Positions 18,259 through 28,077 of a stretch of DNA of 55,991 nt are shown one piece after another (position 1 is the stretch's first letter; every line of letters begins with the position of its first letter). The translations under genes were made by a program, and so were the position numbers. Source of the stretch: Coriobacteriia bacterium (lineage in GTDB: Bacteria; Actinomycetota; Coriobacteriia; Anaerosomatales; PALSA-660); the NCBI GenBank assembly GCA_025361505.1, contig JANYKZ010000103.1, positions 1 to 55,991 of the forward strand, in the 5' to 3' direction. The notes below the pieces were generated by a model. It was not told the origin of the DNA, made no database searches, and saw only the letters and a list, made by a program, of their open reading frames with translations.

Positions 18259-20178
18259 TCACACCTCGACCTTCGAGACTCTGTTGATCCACACGATCCC
18301 GATCACGAGCAGCAGCCCGCCGACCGTCGCGATACCCAGGCCGACCGATGTGGTCAGCAGAGGCAGGAGGTACGTCGGGTTCAAGACCAGGAGCGCTCCC
18401 AGGATCAGGAACGGCAGCGCGATGAGGATGTAGGCGGAAAGCCGCGACTCCGCGGTCAGCGAGCTCACGTGGCGTCGGAGACCTGCGCGCTCACGGATGG
18501 TGGAGGCGACGATATCGAGCACCGCGGCGAGGTTGCCCCCGACCTCGCGCTGGATCGAGATCGCGGTCACCGCCGTCTGGAAGTCGGGGCTCTCGATGCG
18601 GTCCGCCATGCGTTGCAGAGACTGTTCCAGTGGCATCCCGAGACGGGTCTCCGCGTCGACGCGCTTGAACTCCGCGGCTGCGGGCTCCCCGGCCTGCTGA
18701 ACCACGAGGGCGAGCGCCTGCTGGATCCCCCACCCGCCCCGCAGCGACCCCGACACCATGTTGAAGATGTCCGGCAACTGCTCTTCGAACCTCTTACGGC
18801 GCGAGGATATGGCCATCCCGAGTGCAACGATCGGAGCGAGAGTCATGACCACCACCACGCCCAGTGACCACAGCAGTCTGCCGGACAGTACCTGGACCAC
18901 CGCCCCCGCGATCGCGACCACGACGATGTGAAGGGTCATGTACTCAGCGGCGCGCAAGGGCAGGCCTGCGAGCTCAAGGCGATGCGCCACGAGAGCGGTG
19001 ATGCCCCGCTTGCCCGCGGCCTGTCCGACCGCCTCGACGATGCGAGATCGCACCTGATCGGCCGCCCCACCGGTCTCGGGCCCCACCGCGGCGTCGGCGT
19101 GGAGTTGGTCGTAGTACTGGAGCTGGCCGAGGTTCGCCTTGCCGCGGACGAGCAGGAGGACCACCACCGTCACCAACAGCGCCACCGAGACGAACACCAG
19201 TCCGACGATGGTCAGCAATCGAACCGGATCCTGAGCGATCGTCACAGCGGTCGCCGCGACGTCCGATCGTGCGCCGATCGTCGCGTAGTCCGGGTTGGGA
19301 TACGCGACCAACGCCGTCTTGACCTCGCCGGAACCGGACGCGCTGACCTCGATCTCGATGTCCTTGGTGTGAGGCTGATCGCTGGTGTACTGCACGATCC
19401 ACGTGTTGCGGATCTCGGAAGCGATGCTCTGGAACAAGCCTGCGAGCTGAGAGCTCTGCGCAGCCGTGACGAGACGCCCGCCGCTGCTGTCCGCGATCGT
19501 CTGCAGCGCCTTGGGGTTGGCCTCCTTCGACTGCAGCGCCACGACGTAGACCGGGACACCGGCGTCGACGACAGCGGCACGCGCCGTCTCCAGATCACCC
19601 GCGCTGACGGTATCGCCACCATCGGAGAGCAACACGATGCTGCGCTGCCCCGCCGCGGTTCCCGGCATCATGCGCGCGGCGCGTATCAGGCCGTCATATA
19701 CGGCCGTCTCGCCCGACGCCCGCAGCGACAGGATGGCCGCGTCGAGAGCCGGACGGGACGAGGTGAAGTCGGCCACGACTTGGGCGGTGTCGGAGAATGC
19801 GACCACCGCCACGCGCGCGTCGGGGCCGAGCGAACCCACGAACGCACGCGCCGCCGCCCTGGCGTCCTCGAGGGGCTTGCCCGCCATGGAGCCGCTCGTG
19901 TCGATGAGCAGGATGACATTCGCCGGAGTGGCCTGTCCCGTGAGCGCTCTGGCGCTGACACCCACGATGGTCCGACCGTTCTCCTTCACGCTGAAGGCCG
20001 GCTCTCCTCCCCCCGCGGTGAGAAGGGGCGGCAGACCGACCTTGAAGGTCACGGACGGGTACGCCGAGGTAACGATGTCGTGCACCGCCAGGTCGGTCCC
20101 CTGTGCACCTGCGGCGGCCGGGATCGCGGCGATCGACGCGGCGCCGGCGAGAAGCAGGGCGAGAATGAGTCTGCGCAT
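18259..20178 (-). CDS. tadB: fusion protein: secreted von Willebrand factor A domain + TadB-type platform (T2SS F-domain)
   Basis: 639 aa. Signal peptide MRRLILALLLAGAASIAAIPAAAGAQG. VWA domain with MIDAS residues: VILLIDTSGSMAG...ASGETAVYDG...IVLLSDGGDT. TM segment LLTIVGLVFVSVALLVTVVVLLLV. C-terminal TadB-like region: EEQLPDIFNMVSGSLRGGWGIQQAL...ISIQREVGGNLAAVL. Confidence 0.85.
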   Translation of the reverse strand: MRRLILALLLAGAASIAAIPAAAGAQGTDLAVHDIVTSAYPSVTFKVGLPPLLTAGGGEPAFSVKENGRTIVGVSARALTGQATPANVILLIDTSGSMAGKPLEDARAAARAFVGSLGPDARVAVVAFSDTAQVVADFTSSRPALDAAILSLRASGETAVYDGLIRAARMMPGTAAGQRSIVLLSDGGDTVSAGDLETARAAVVDAGVPVYVVALQSKEANPKALQTIADSSGGRLVTAAQSSQLAGLFQSIASEIRNTWIVQYTSDQPHTKDIEIEVSASGSGEVKTALVAYPNPDYATIGARSDVAATAVTIAQDPVRLLTIVGLVFVSVALLVTVVVLLLVRGKANLGQLQYYDQLHADAAVGPETGGAADQVRSRIVEAVGQAAGKRGITALVAHRLELAGLPLRAAEYMTLHIVVVAIAGAVVQVLSGRLLWSLGVVVVMTLAPIVALGMAISSRRKRFEEQLPDIFNMVSGSLRGGWGIQQALALVVQQAGEPAAAEFKRVDAETRLGMPLEQSLQRMADRIESPDFQTAVTAISIQREVGGNLAAVLDIVASTIRERAGLRRHVSSLTAESRLSAYILIALPFLILGALLVLNPTYLLPLLTTSVGLGIATVGGLLLVIGIVWINRVSKVEV

Positions 20179-20186
20179 CGGGGCGC

Positions 20187-21555
<1,369 letters not shown>

Positions 21556-21566
<11 letters not shown>

Positions 21567-22707
21567 TGCCGGCCTCCTTGCTGACCGGGGTCGCGGCGTC
21601 CTTGGCGAGCCGCATCAGACTCTTGGCGACCTCGCTTCGCGGCAACTCCGTCACGACGGGGATCCCTTGGTTCACCGAACGCGGCACGATGCGGTCGCTC
21701 GGGATGCACGCGAAGATCTTGCCGCCGATAGCCTGCTCGACCTCCGCCGGCTGGAGGAGCACCTTGCTGTCCGAGCGGTTGAGGACGAGCCGGACGCGCC
21801 CGTTGTTGTAGCCCAGCTGGTGCAGCTTCTGAAGTGAGATCCGGGTGTTCTTGATCGAGGCGACGTCCATCGTGGTGATGACGTAGAGCGCGTCGCTGCG
21901 GTCGATCGCCGCCAGCACCGGCTCGGTGAACGCCGGACATGTGTCCACCACGACGTAGTCGTAGTTCTCGCGCACGAGGTCGAGTATCTGGCCGACGCGG
22001 GCCGCGGAGATGATGTCGGCGTCCTCGGGCAGCGTCGGGGCGAGCAAGGTGTGAAGACCTGAGGCGTGATGCTCCATGATGCCGGCGAGCATCTCGGCGT
22101 CGAGCCGGTCGAAGCCCGCCACCGCGTCGTTGATCGTGTGCTCGGGCTTGAGCCCGAGCATGATGCCCACGTCCCCGAACTCCAGGTCGAGGTCGACCAG
22201 CGCGACCTTGTGCCCCATCGACGCGAGCGCGACACCGAGGTTGGTGGCGATGACGGTCTTCCCCACGCCGCCCTTCGTGCTGAAGACCGTGACCACCTTG
22301 CCCTTGTGGGCTTCCTCCACCTCGGCGGCAACGGCGCACCGGAGGCGCGTCGCGATCTCACCGGCTCGCCTGATCGCTGATGCGACGTCTTCCGTGGTGT
22401 CGTTCGGTCCGACGACGTCGGTGACACCTGCTCGCATGGCGCGACGGAGGAGTACTGCGTCGACGTTCGCGGCGGCGACCACGGTGGCGACGCCGCTCGC
22501 TCTCTGCAGCCGGTCGGCCAGGTCGAAGGCCGCGTCGCACACGAGCGTAGGTCCGATGACCAGGACCTCCGCGTCCAGTTCGCCGACTGACTCCCGAGCG
22601 GACGAGAGGGTATCGGCGAACGCGGCCTCGCAGCCCGCGATCTTGACCGCGACCTCGAGCCGCTTCCTGTCGCTGCCGTCGGGCTCCGCTATGAGGATGG
22701 GGGTCAT
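21556..22707 (-). CDS. tadZ: Flp pilus assembly protein TadZ/CpaE (atypical receiver + ParA/MinD-like ATPase)
   Basis: 383 aa. The N-terminal receiver-like fold has Gly where the phospho-acceptor Asp is expected (VLVIGPTL). It is followed by the deviant Walker A motif VFSTKGGVGKTVIATNL. Confidence 0.88.
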
Positions 22708-22713
22708 CTCTTC

Positions 22714-23487
22714 CTACCTCTGCACGTTTGCGAACGAGGTCGGCGCGATCGTCGAGGTCGCCGCCGAGGTCTGTGACAGCAGACCCAGCTGCAGCACGCC
22801 GAGTTGCTGAGCGAAGGCGACCCGCTCCGCGTCCGACATCGAGAGGGCGATCGTGACCGACTTGTATGTCTGGCCCGCGCCGCTCTGGGTCTTCGAACCC
22901 GAGGACAGGACGCCTCCCTGCTGCTGGTCCTGGCTGGCGCTCGAGTCCTCGGCGGTGACGGTGCCGCCCACCGCGAGGACGCGCGCCTTCGGGACGAGCT
23001 GGGTCGTGTAGGCGGATTGGTCGTTGCTCTTCGGGCTCAGCGTGGCGAAGATCACGACACTGTCCCCGGGCTTGAGCAGTCCCGCAACACCGCTGAACTC
23101 ACTGACGGAGACCGTCACCCCGACGAGGCCTTCGGGGACCGTGTACGAGAGGCCCGCCTGCGAAGGGAACTGGAAGCGTCCCTTGGTCAGCTGCTCGCCG
23201 GCGCTCAGCGGCACGGCGAGCACCTGGCCTTCGACGATCCGTGCCGATGACACGGCATCGGCGGCCACGAACCTGCGCGGGACCTGCTCAGGCTTCACCA
23301 GTCCCTGCTGCGTCAGTTCCTCGATCGAGAGTCCTCGCGGAAGGTTGTCCTGCGCGACCAGTACCTCGATCGGTTCGCTCTCTGACGCGATCGACGTGCG
23401 CGCGCTGTTGATGTAGCCCACCGCGAGTACGGCGGCTACCCCGGCGAGCACCAGCGCGACGACCAAGATCACGATCTTGCTCCGCAT
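22714..23487 (-). CDS. cpaB: Flp pilus assembly protein CpaB/RcpC (SAF domain)
   Basis: 257 aa with an N-terminal TM anchor and the typical CpaB pattern: VLVAQDNLPRGLSI...VPLSAGEQLTKGRF. Confidence 0.85.
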   Translation of the reverse strand: MRSKIVILVVALVLAGVAAVLAVGYINSARTSIASESEPIEVLVAQDNLPRGLSIEELTQQGLVKPEQVPRRFVAADAVSSARIVEGQVLAVPLSAGEQLTKGRFQFPSQAGLSYTVPEGLVGVTVSVSEFSGVAGLLKPGDSVVIFATLSPKSNDQSAYTTQLVPKARVLAVGGTVTAEDSSASQDQQQGGVLSSGSKTQSGAGQTYKSVTIALSMSDAERVAFAQQLGVLQLGLLSQTSAATSTIAPTSFANVQR

Positions 23488-23572
23488 GGCCGATCTCTCC
23501 TCCCCAAGGGATCCAAGCCCGGCTCATACCGGCGCGAGATCCGTCCTGTCCACCGCCGCCAGGGCGGTCACC

Positions 23573-24652
23573 CTACTGAACGAGCGAAACGTGCACCTGC
23601 CCTGACGAGTTGTAGGCCCCGCCCGCGACCTCGTCGGGTGTCATGGTCCTCACGAAGCGCCCGGTGACGGTCGCGTTCTTGCCGCCCGAACCGACGTCTG
23701 TGATGAAGAACTGGGCAAAGCCCACGATCTCGACCTGCTTCTTGCCGCTGGGGGGCTGGTAGCGGGCTGCGCCCTGCCCGAACGGGTTGACGATGATCGG
23801 GATGATGACGAGGCGGGGACACTTCCCATCAGGGTCCAGCGGGGTCGGATTCAAGTGCACGATCCCGTTGGCATCCGGTGGCTGGCAGACGTCCGAGAAC
23901 GTATGGGTGTCCCCGCCCAGGTAGTCGATGAGGGCCTTGTTCGCGGCGGACTCGTTTCCCGGATCCGTGTCGGTGTACTCCCACAGCGTGGCCGATCCGC
24001 CCCCACCTGTGATCACGTCCTTGAGCCCGCCCGGTCCGCCTGCGCCGTTCTTGGTGCCGAGGACGATCCACCCGTAGTTGCCGGTGGTACCCGATCCGCC
24101 GCCTGCCTTGATGTCCACCGTGACGCCCCAGCCGAAACCGTAGCTGTCTGCCGGAGTCTCGTGCCCGCCCTGCGGGAAGACGCCGATCGGCATCACACCG
24201 CTGTCGTAGCTCGTCGGCGACATGATGCGTGCCGTCGCAGAGGTGCCGACAGGCGCCGAGTCCCTGCCCCACAACCCGGAGAAGGACAGCGGCGAGCTCG
24301 GTGTGCCGACTTCGACCTTCACCGTGTCGTTCGCGGCCAAGGAGGTGGAGACCGTGACCTTGGCCGGCCCGGCCTCGGCCGCATTCGCGGCGACGTACGC
24401 GGCCGCAACGGACTGCGCTCTCGTCGGACTACCGGGAAGCTCCTGCGCACCGGCCAACGCGGCAGCGTCGGCCGCGGTCTGCAGCTTCCGTCGCTCCGCG
24501 TACAGGGAGCCCACGTCGATCACGAGGGCCAGGAATGCGATCAGTGCGATCATCGAAAGGGCGACGATCACGGCGACTGCGCCGGTGTCGTCGCGAAGGA
24601 GCCGCGGTTCGTGCCGCGAGGTCTCCTGAGTGTTCTTCGTCATGGCCCTCAC
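23573..24652 (-). CDS. TadG-like pseudopilin / pilus assembly protein (TadE/G-like N-terminal domain)
   Basis: 359 aa. DDTGAVAVIVALSMIALIAFLALVIDVGSLYAERRKLQTAADAAALAGAQEL is the Tad_N-type hydrophobic N-terminus. Confidence 0.8.
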   Translation of the reverse strand: MRAMTKNTQETSRHEPRLLRDDTGAVAVIVALSMIALIAFLALVIDVGSLYAERRKLQTAADAAALAGAQELPGSPTRAQSVAAAYVAANAAEAGPAKVTVSTSLAANDTVKVEVGTPSSPLSFSGLWGRDSAPVGTSATARIMSPTSYDSGVMPIGVFPQGGHETPADSYGFGWGVTVDIKAGGGSGTTGNYGWIVLGTKNGAGGPGGLKDVITGGGGSATLWEYTDTDPGNESAANKALIDYLGGDTHTFSDVCQPPDANGIVHLNPTPLDPDGKCPRLVIIPIIVNPFGQGAARYQPPSGKKQVEIVGFAQFFITDVGSGGKNATVTGRFVRTMTPDEVAGGAYNSSGQVHVSLVQ

Positions 24653-24683
24653 CTCTGACCTCCGAGGCCGTACTCCTCGGTGC

Positions 24684-25079
24684 CTAGTTCTCTTTCCGCA
24701 TCTGCGCGGTGCTCTGCAGGCTGAGGCTCTTCGTGCCCCAGAGCGGGATGTCGAGCGTGTACGCGTACTTCACCGTGACTTCGTAGTAGTCGCCGCGGGT
24801 CGCGTCGTTCTTGAGAGTCGGACCGGTCAGGCTGACCTTGCTCGCGTCCAGACCGGTAGTCTGCGCCGCCACGGCGCCCGCGACATTCCCCCCGACGGCC
24901 GCCATCCGCGCACCCTCACGTGCGGCGTGGTCGACCGTGATCTGCGCGTCGTAGACGATCCCGAACTGCATGATCCCGAAGAGGAGCATCACAAGGATCG
25001 GCAGGACGAGTGCGAACTCGACCGCTGCCGCGCCCGCGTCGTCGCGGGCGTTCCTGATGGCCCTCCCCACCACGACCAC
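24684..25079 (-). CDS. TadE-like pseudopilin
   Basis: DDAGAAAVEFALVLPILVMLLFGIMQFG is the TadE motif. There is no in-frame ATG near the N-terminus. I use the GTG at 25079, which is preceded by AGGAG (alternatives at 25073 and 25070), giving about 131 aa. Confidence 0.78.
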   Translation of the reverse strand: MVVVGRAIRNARDDAGAAAVEFALVLPILVMLLFGIMQFGIVYDAQITVDHAAREGARMAAVGGNVAGAVAAQTTGLDASKVSLTGPTLKNDATRGDYYEVTVKYAYTLDIPLWGTKSLSLQSTAQMRKEN

Positions 25080-25198
25080 CCCCCACCCGTCACTCCTGCG
25101 TACCCACCGCCCCGCGGGCCGGTGCGACACCTGACTGGCGTCGCACCGGCACGCGAGAAGGCGGCTCTCCGAACGACCCGGACCGGACCGGACGGGAC

Positions 25199-25375
25199 CT
25201 AGCCGGGCCACTTGGTCACGGCACTTTGGAAGAGGCTCAACACCGCTTGGCCGAAGACCGTGACCGCACCGACTATGGTGAGAGCGACAAGCCCGACCAT
25301 CAGCGCGTACTCGACTGCAGTCGCGCCGTCGTCCGGGAGCCTCCCCCACCGTATCGTTTGCGATCTCGCGACCAT
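25199..25375 (-). CDS. flp: Flp/Fap family prepilin (copy 1, divergent)
   Basis: 58 aa: MVARSQTIRWGRLPDDG/ATAVEYALMVGLVALTIVGAVTVFGQAVLSLFQSAVTKWPG. It has the G/ATAVEY processing motif and a GGAG Shine-Dalgarno 7 nt upstream. It is embedded in the spurious 150-aa track ORF. Confidence 0.85.
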   Translation of the reverse strand: MVARSQTIRWGRLPDDGATAVEYALMVGLVALTIVGAVTVFGQAVLSLFQSAVTKWPG

Positions 25376-25422
25376 CGGAAGTCTCCGATTCCGTGTGCGG
25401 ACCACGTCCGTGCTGCGTGCGG

Positions 25423-25599
25423 CTACTTGAGAACCGAACCCGCGACGTTGGTGAACGTCGTGGACAGGTTCGTGCCGATGAGCGTCACGGCGGTGATGAT
25501 CACCATGGCGATCAGGGCGACCATCAGTCCGTACTCGACGGCGGTCGCGCCCTCGTCTGTCGCCATCCGGCTCTGGAAGCGAATGAGAGTCCTGAGCAT
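25423..25599 (-). CDS. flp: Flp/Fap family prepilin (copy 2)
   Basis: MLRTLIRFQSRMATDEG/ATAVEYGLMVALIAMVIITAVTLIGTNLSTTFTNVAGSVLK. I prefer the ATG at 25599, which is preceded by GGGAGG, over the track's GTG at 25611, which abuts the SD. Confidence 0.9.
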   Translation of the reverse strand: MLRTLIRFQSRMATDEGATAVEYGLMVALIAMVIITAVTLIGTNLSTTFTNVAGSVLK

Positions 25600-25628
25600 C
25601 GTGCGGAACACCTCCCGTGGGAGAGCGA

Positions 25629-25805
25629 CTACTTGAGCACCGCAGCGCCAACCTTGCCGAACGTCGTCGACAGGTTCGTGCCGATGAGCGTGACGGCGGT
25701 GATGATCACCATGGCGATCAGGGCGACCATCAGGCCGTACTCCACGGCGGTCGCGCCCTCATCGGTCGCCATCCAGTTCTGGAAGCGGACATAGGTCTTG
25801 AGCAT
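25629..25805 (-). CDS. flp: Flp/Fap family prepilin (copy 3, not in ORF track)
   Basis: Manual translation of the minus strand gives MLKTYVRFQNWMATDEG/ATAVEYGLMVALIAMVIITAVTLIGTNLSTTFGKVGAAVLK* (58 aa). GGAGG lies 8 nt upstream. It is a near-identical paralogue of copy 2. Confidence 0.88.
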   Translation of the reverse strand: MLKTYVRFQNWMATDEGATAVEYGLMVALIAMVIITAVTLIGTNLSTTFGKVGAAVLK

Positions 25806-26017
25806 TTCCGGAACACCTCCCCTCTATCCCGTTGGGCCGGCAACGACTGTGCGCCGGCGTACCCCCTGCTGGCACACATCCGTCCTCGGAGACCGGTTGT
25901 CGTGCCCATGCAGGGGGTTCATAGCCGAGGGAGGGTGGAGCGCGTATCGCCCGGCACGGCGCAACGCGTCATCCGGAAGGAGGAAGATCCCGCTCCGCCA
26001 TCGGTACGAGCGGCCCC

Positions 26018-26659
26018 TCAGGACCCGATGCGCACCAGGCCCGATTGGACGGCCGCCAGTACGGCGCTGGTGCGATCGGACTGCTTCAACTTGCGCAGGA
26101 TGTGACTCACATGGGTCTTGACCGTCGTCTCGCCGATCCACAGCGCGCGGCCGATCTCCTTGTTCGACATTCCTTTCGCCATCAGCTGCAGCACTTCGAG
26201 CTCGCGGTCCGAGAGCGCCTCGCCGTCGGTGTCGGGCCCGGTCCGTCCGTTGATGATCCGCGTCGCAATCCCGGAGTCGAAGACCGACTGTCCGCTGGCG
26301 ACTGCACGGATCGATTGGACCATTCGCTCCGGAGCCGAGTCCTTGAGAAGGAACCCGCAGGCTCCGGCGCCCACCGCGCCGAAGACCTCTTCGTCCCCAT
26401 CGAAGCTCGTCAGGACCACGACCGACACGGACGGAGAGGCATGATGCACTTCACGGCAGACTTCGATGCCGCCGCGACCGGGCATGCGCAGGTCGAGCAG
26501 AAGCACGTCGGGCACGACGTCGACGCAGCCGCGGACAGCCGACTCGCTGTCGCCGGCCTCACCGACGACCTCCATGTCCGGCTCCGCCTCCAGAAGCGAA
26601 CGCAGGGCGTAACGGACGAGCTCGTGATCGTCGGCCAGGAACACCCGGATCCGGTCCAT
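26018..26659 (-). CDS. NarL/FixJ (LuxR-type HTH) response regulator
   Basis: 213 aa with a receiver domain that keeps the acceptor Asp (VLLLDLRMPG), plus LSDRELEVLQLMAKGMSNKEIGRALWIGETTVKTHVSHILRKL. Confidence 0.93.
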   Translation of the reverse strand: MDRIRVFLADDHELVRYALRSLLEAEPDMEVVGEAGDSESAVRGCVDVVPDVLLLDLRMPGRGGIEVCREVHHASPSVSVVVLTSFDGDEEVFGAVGAGACGFLLKDSAPERMVQSIRAVASGQSVFDSGIATRIINGRTGPDTDGEALSDRELEVLQLMAKGMSNKEIGRALWIGETTVKTHVSHILRKLKQSDRTSAVLAAVQSGLVRIGS

Positions 26660-27987
26660 CAGTCGCTCCCTGTCTGCAGCGCGACCGTGACGGTCGTGCC
26701 CTCGCCGGACTGGCTCTCGATACCGAGCGAGCCGCCGATCCTATCGACGCGTTCCCGCATGCCGAGAAGGCCTAAGCACCCCGAGTCGCCACGTTCGAGG
26801 GCCTCGCCGAGATCGAAGCCATCGCCGTCGTCGACCACCGACAGCCGCACCTCGCCGGGCTCGTACTCAAGCCGGACTTGATAGCGATCCGCGTTGGCAT
26901 GACGCGCCACATTGCTCACCGACTCCTTGGCGACCGCGTAGAGGCAGGCCTCCGCCTGCGCCGTGAGCCGCCGTGGCTCGCCAACCACCACAAGCCGCCC
27001 GTGCGCCTCGGCCTGCTCCTCGACGCGGTGGATCCACCGGCTGATCCCGCCGGCAAGCCCGAAGGTGCGGACGTCCTGCGGGCGCAGGTCGTAGACGAAT
27101 CGGCGCAGCTCGCCCATGGCGGTGGCGAGTTCCTTCTGGATGTCCCCCAGTCGCGCGGCCACTCCTCTGGGATCCCGCAGGGTCTGCTTCCTGCACGCTT
27201 CAAGCCCCAGCGACACCGAGAAGAGCGACTGGACGATGCCGTCATGAAGCTCCCGTGCGATCCGCTCGCGCTCAGCCTCGAGCATCATGGAGCGCCCCTG
27301 TGCGGCGATGCGGGTGCTCTCGATGGAGGAGGCCGCGAACGCCGACAGGATTGCGAGAAGGGCGACCTGCAGGTCGGTGAACGGCCGCTCAGCGGAGTTG
27401 ATGACCGCGAGCAAGCCGACCGGGTGCTCGCGTATCCTCAGCGGCGAGCAGACGAGCCAGGCGCGGTCCGCCTCATGGAGCTCCATGACCGCCGCGCCGG
27501 TCGCGAACGCTTCTTCGCACAAAGCGTCGAGTCGCGCGAGCCACCAGTCCTGGAGGTGCCGCGCCAGCTCTCCACGGACCACTACCGTGTCGACGTCAAG
27601 GCTCTCGCCCGTCTCGTCCGTCAGGACGACGGCGGCCTTCTCCGCCCCGGTGATCCTTCGCGCGCGGTCGGCGATGGTCGCAAGCACGTCGTCCATGCAT
27701 CGTGCGGAGGCCACGGCACCCGCGACGTCGTTCAGCGCGGCCGCGATCTCGACGCTGATCGCGCCCCGTGGGTCCTCGCGCGGAATCGCACCACTGAACC
27801 TGCGGTACCAGGGGACGGAATCCTCCCGGGCGGCAGAGAACGCCGCCTTGACCACTTCGTCACTCGGCCTGTCCAGATGCGCCACGAGTGCCCCCGGTCG
27901 CGACCGGTCACCGCGTGCAATCGCTGGCGTCCCCCCGGCGCCCGCGTTCCTCATCATCTTAGTACCACTGTGTGACGTCGCGCTCAC
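26659..27987 (-). CDS. soluble GAF-domain sensor histidine kinase (HisKA_3/HATPase_c)
   Basis: 442 aa with no TM segments. A GAF-like middle region is followed by the H-box ERERIARELHDGIVQSLF and a C-terminal ATPase (DDGDGFD...GLLGMRERV). The stop overlaps the RR start (TGATG). The start is uncertain: GTG at 27987 or the ATG pair about 30 nt downstream. Confidence 0.88.
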   Translation of the reverse strand: MSATSHSGTKMMRNAGAGGTPAIARGDRSRPGALVAHLDRPSDEVVKAAFSAAREDSVPWYRRFSGAIPREDPRGAISVEIAAALNDVAGAVASARCMDDVLATIADRARRITGAEKAAVVLTDETGESLDVDTVVVRGELARHLQDWWLARLDALCEEAFATGAAVMELHEADRAWLVCSPLRIREHPVGLLAVINSAERPFTDLQVALLAILSAFAASSIESTRIAAQGRSMMLEAERERIARELHDGIVQSLFSVSLGLEACRKQTLRDPRGVAARLGDIQKELATAMGELRRFVYDLRPQDVRTFGLAGGISRWIHRVEEQAEAHGRLVVVGEPRRLTAQAEACLYAVAKESVSNVARHANADRYQVRLEYEPGEVRLSVVDDGDGFDLGEALERGDSGCLGLLGMRERVDRIGGSLGIESQSGEGTTVTVALQTGSD

Positions 27988-28019
27988 ATGGCGGTGTGCA
28001 GCCGCGCCGGAGGCGAACA

Positions 28020-28051
28020 GTGAGGGCCGGCGCGGATGCGCCGGCCCTCAC
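28020..28051 (-). terminator. GC-rich hairpin downstream of ftsH (probable terminator)
   Basis: Perfect 14-bp stem, gtgagggccggcgc / gcgccggccctcac, with loop ggat. It lies 27 nt after the ftsH stop. There is no clear U-tract. Confidence 0.55.
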
Positions 28052-28077
28052 GGGTTCCGAGCGATTGAAGGCCGAGC

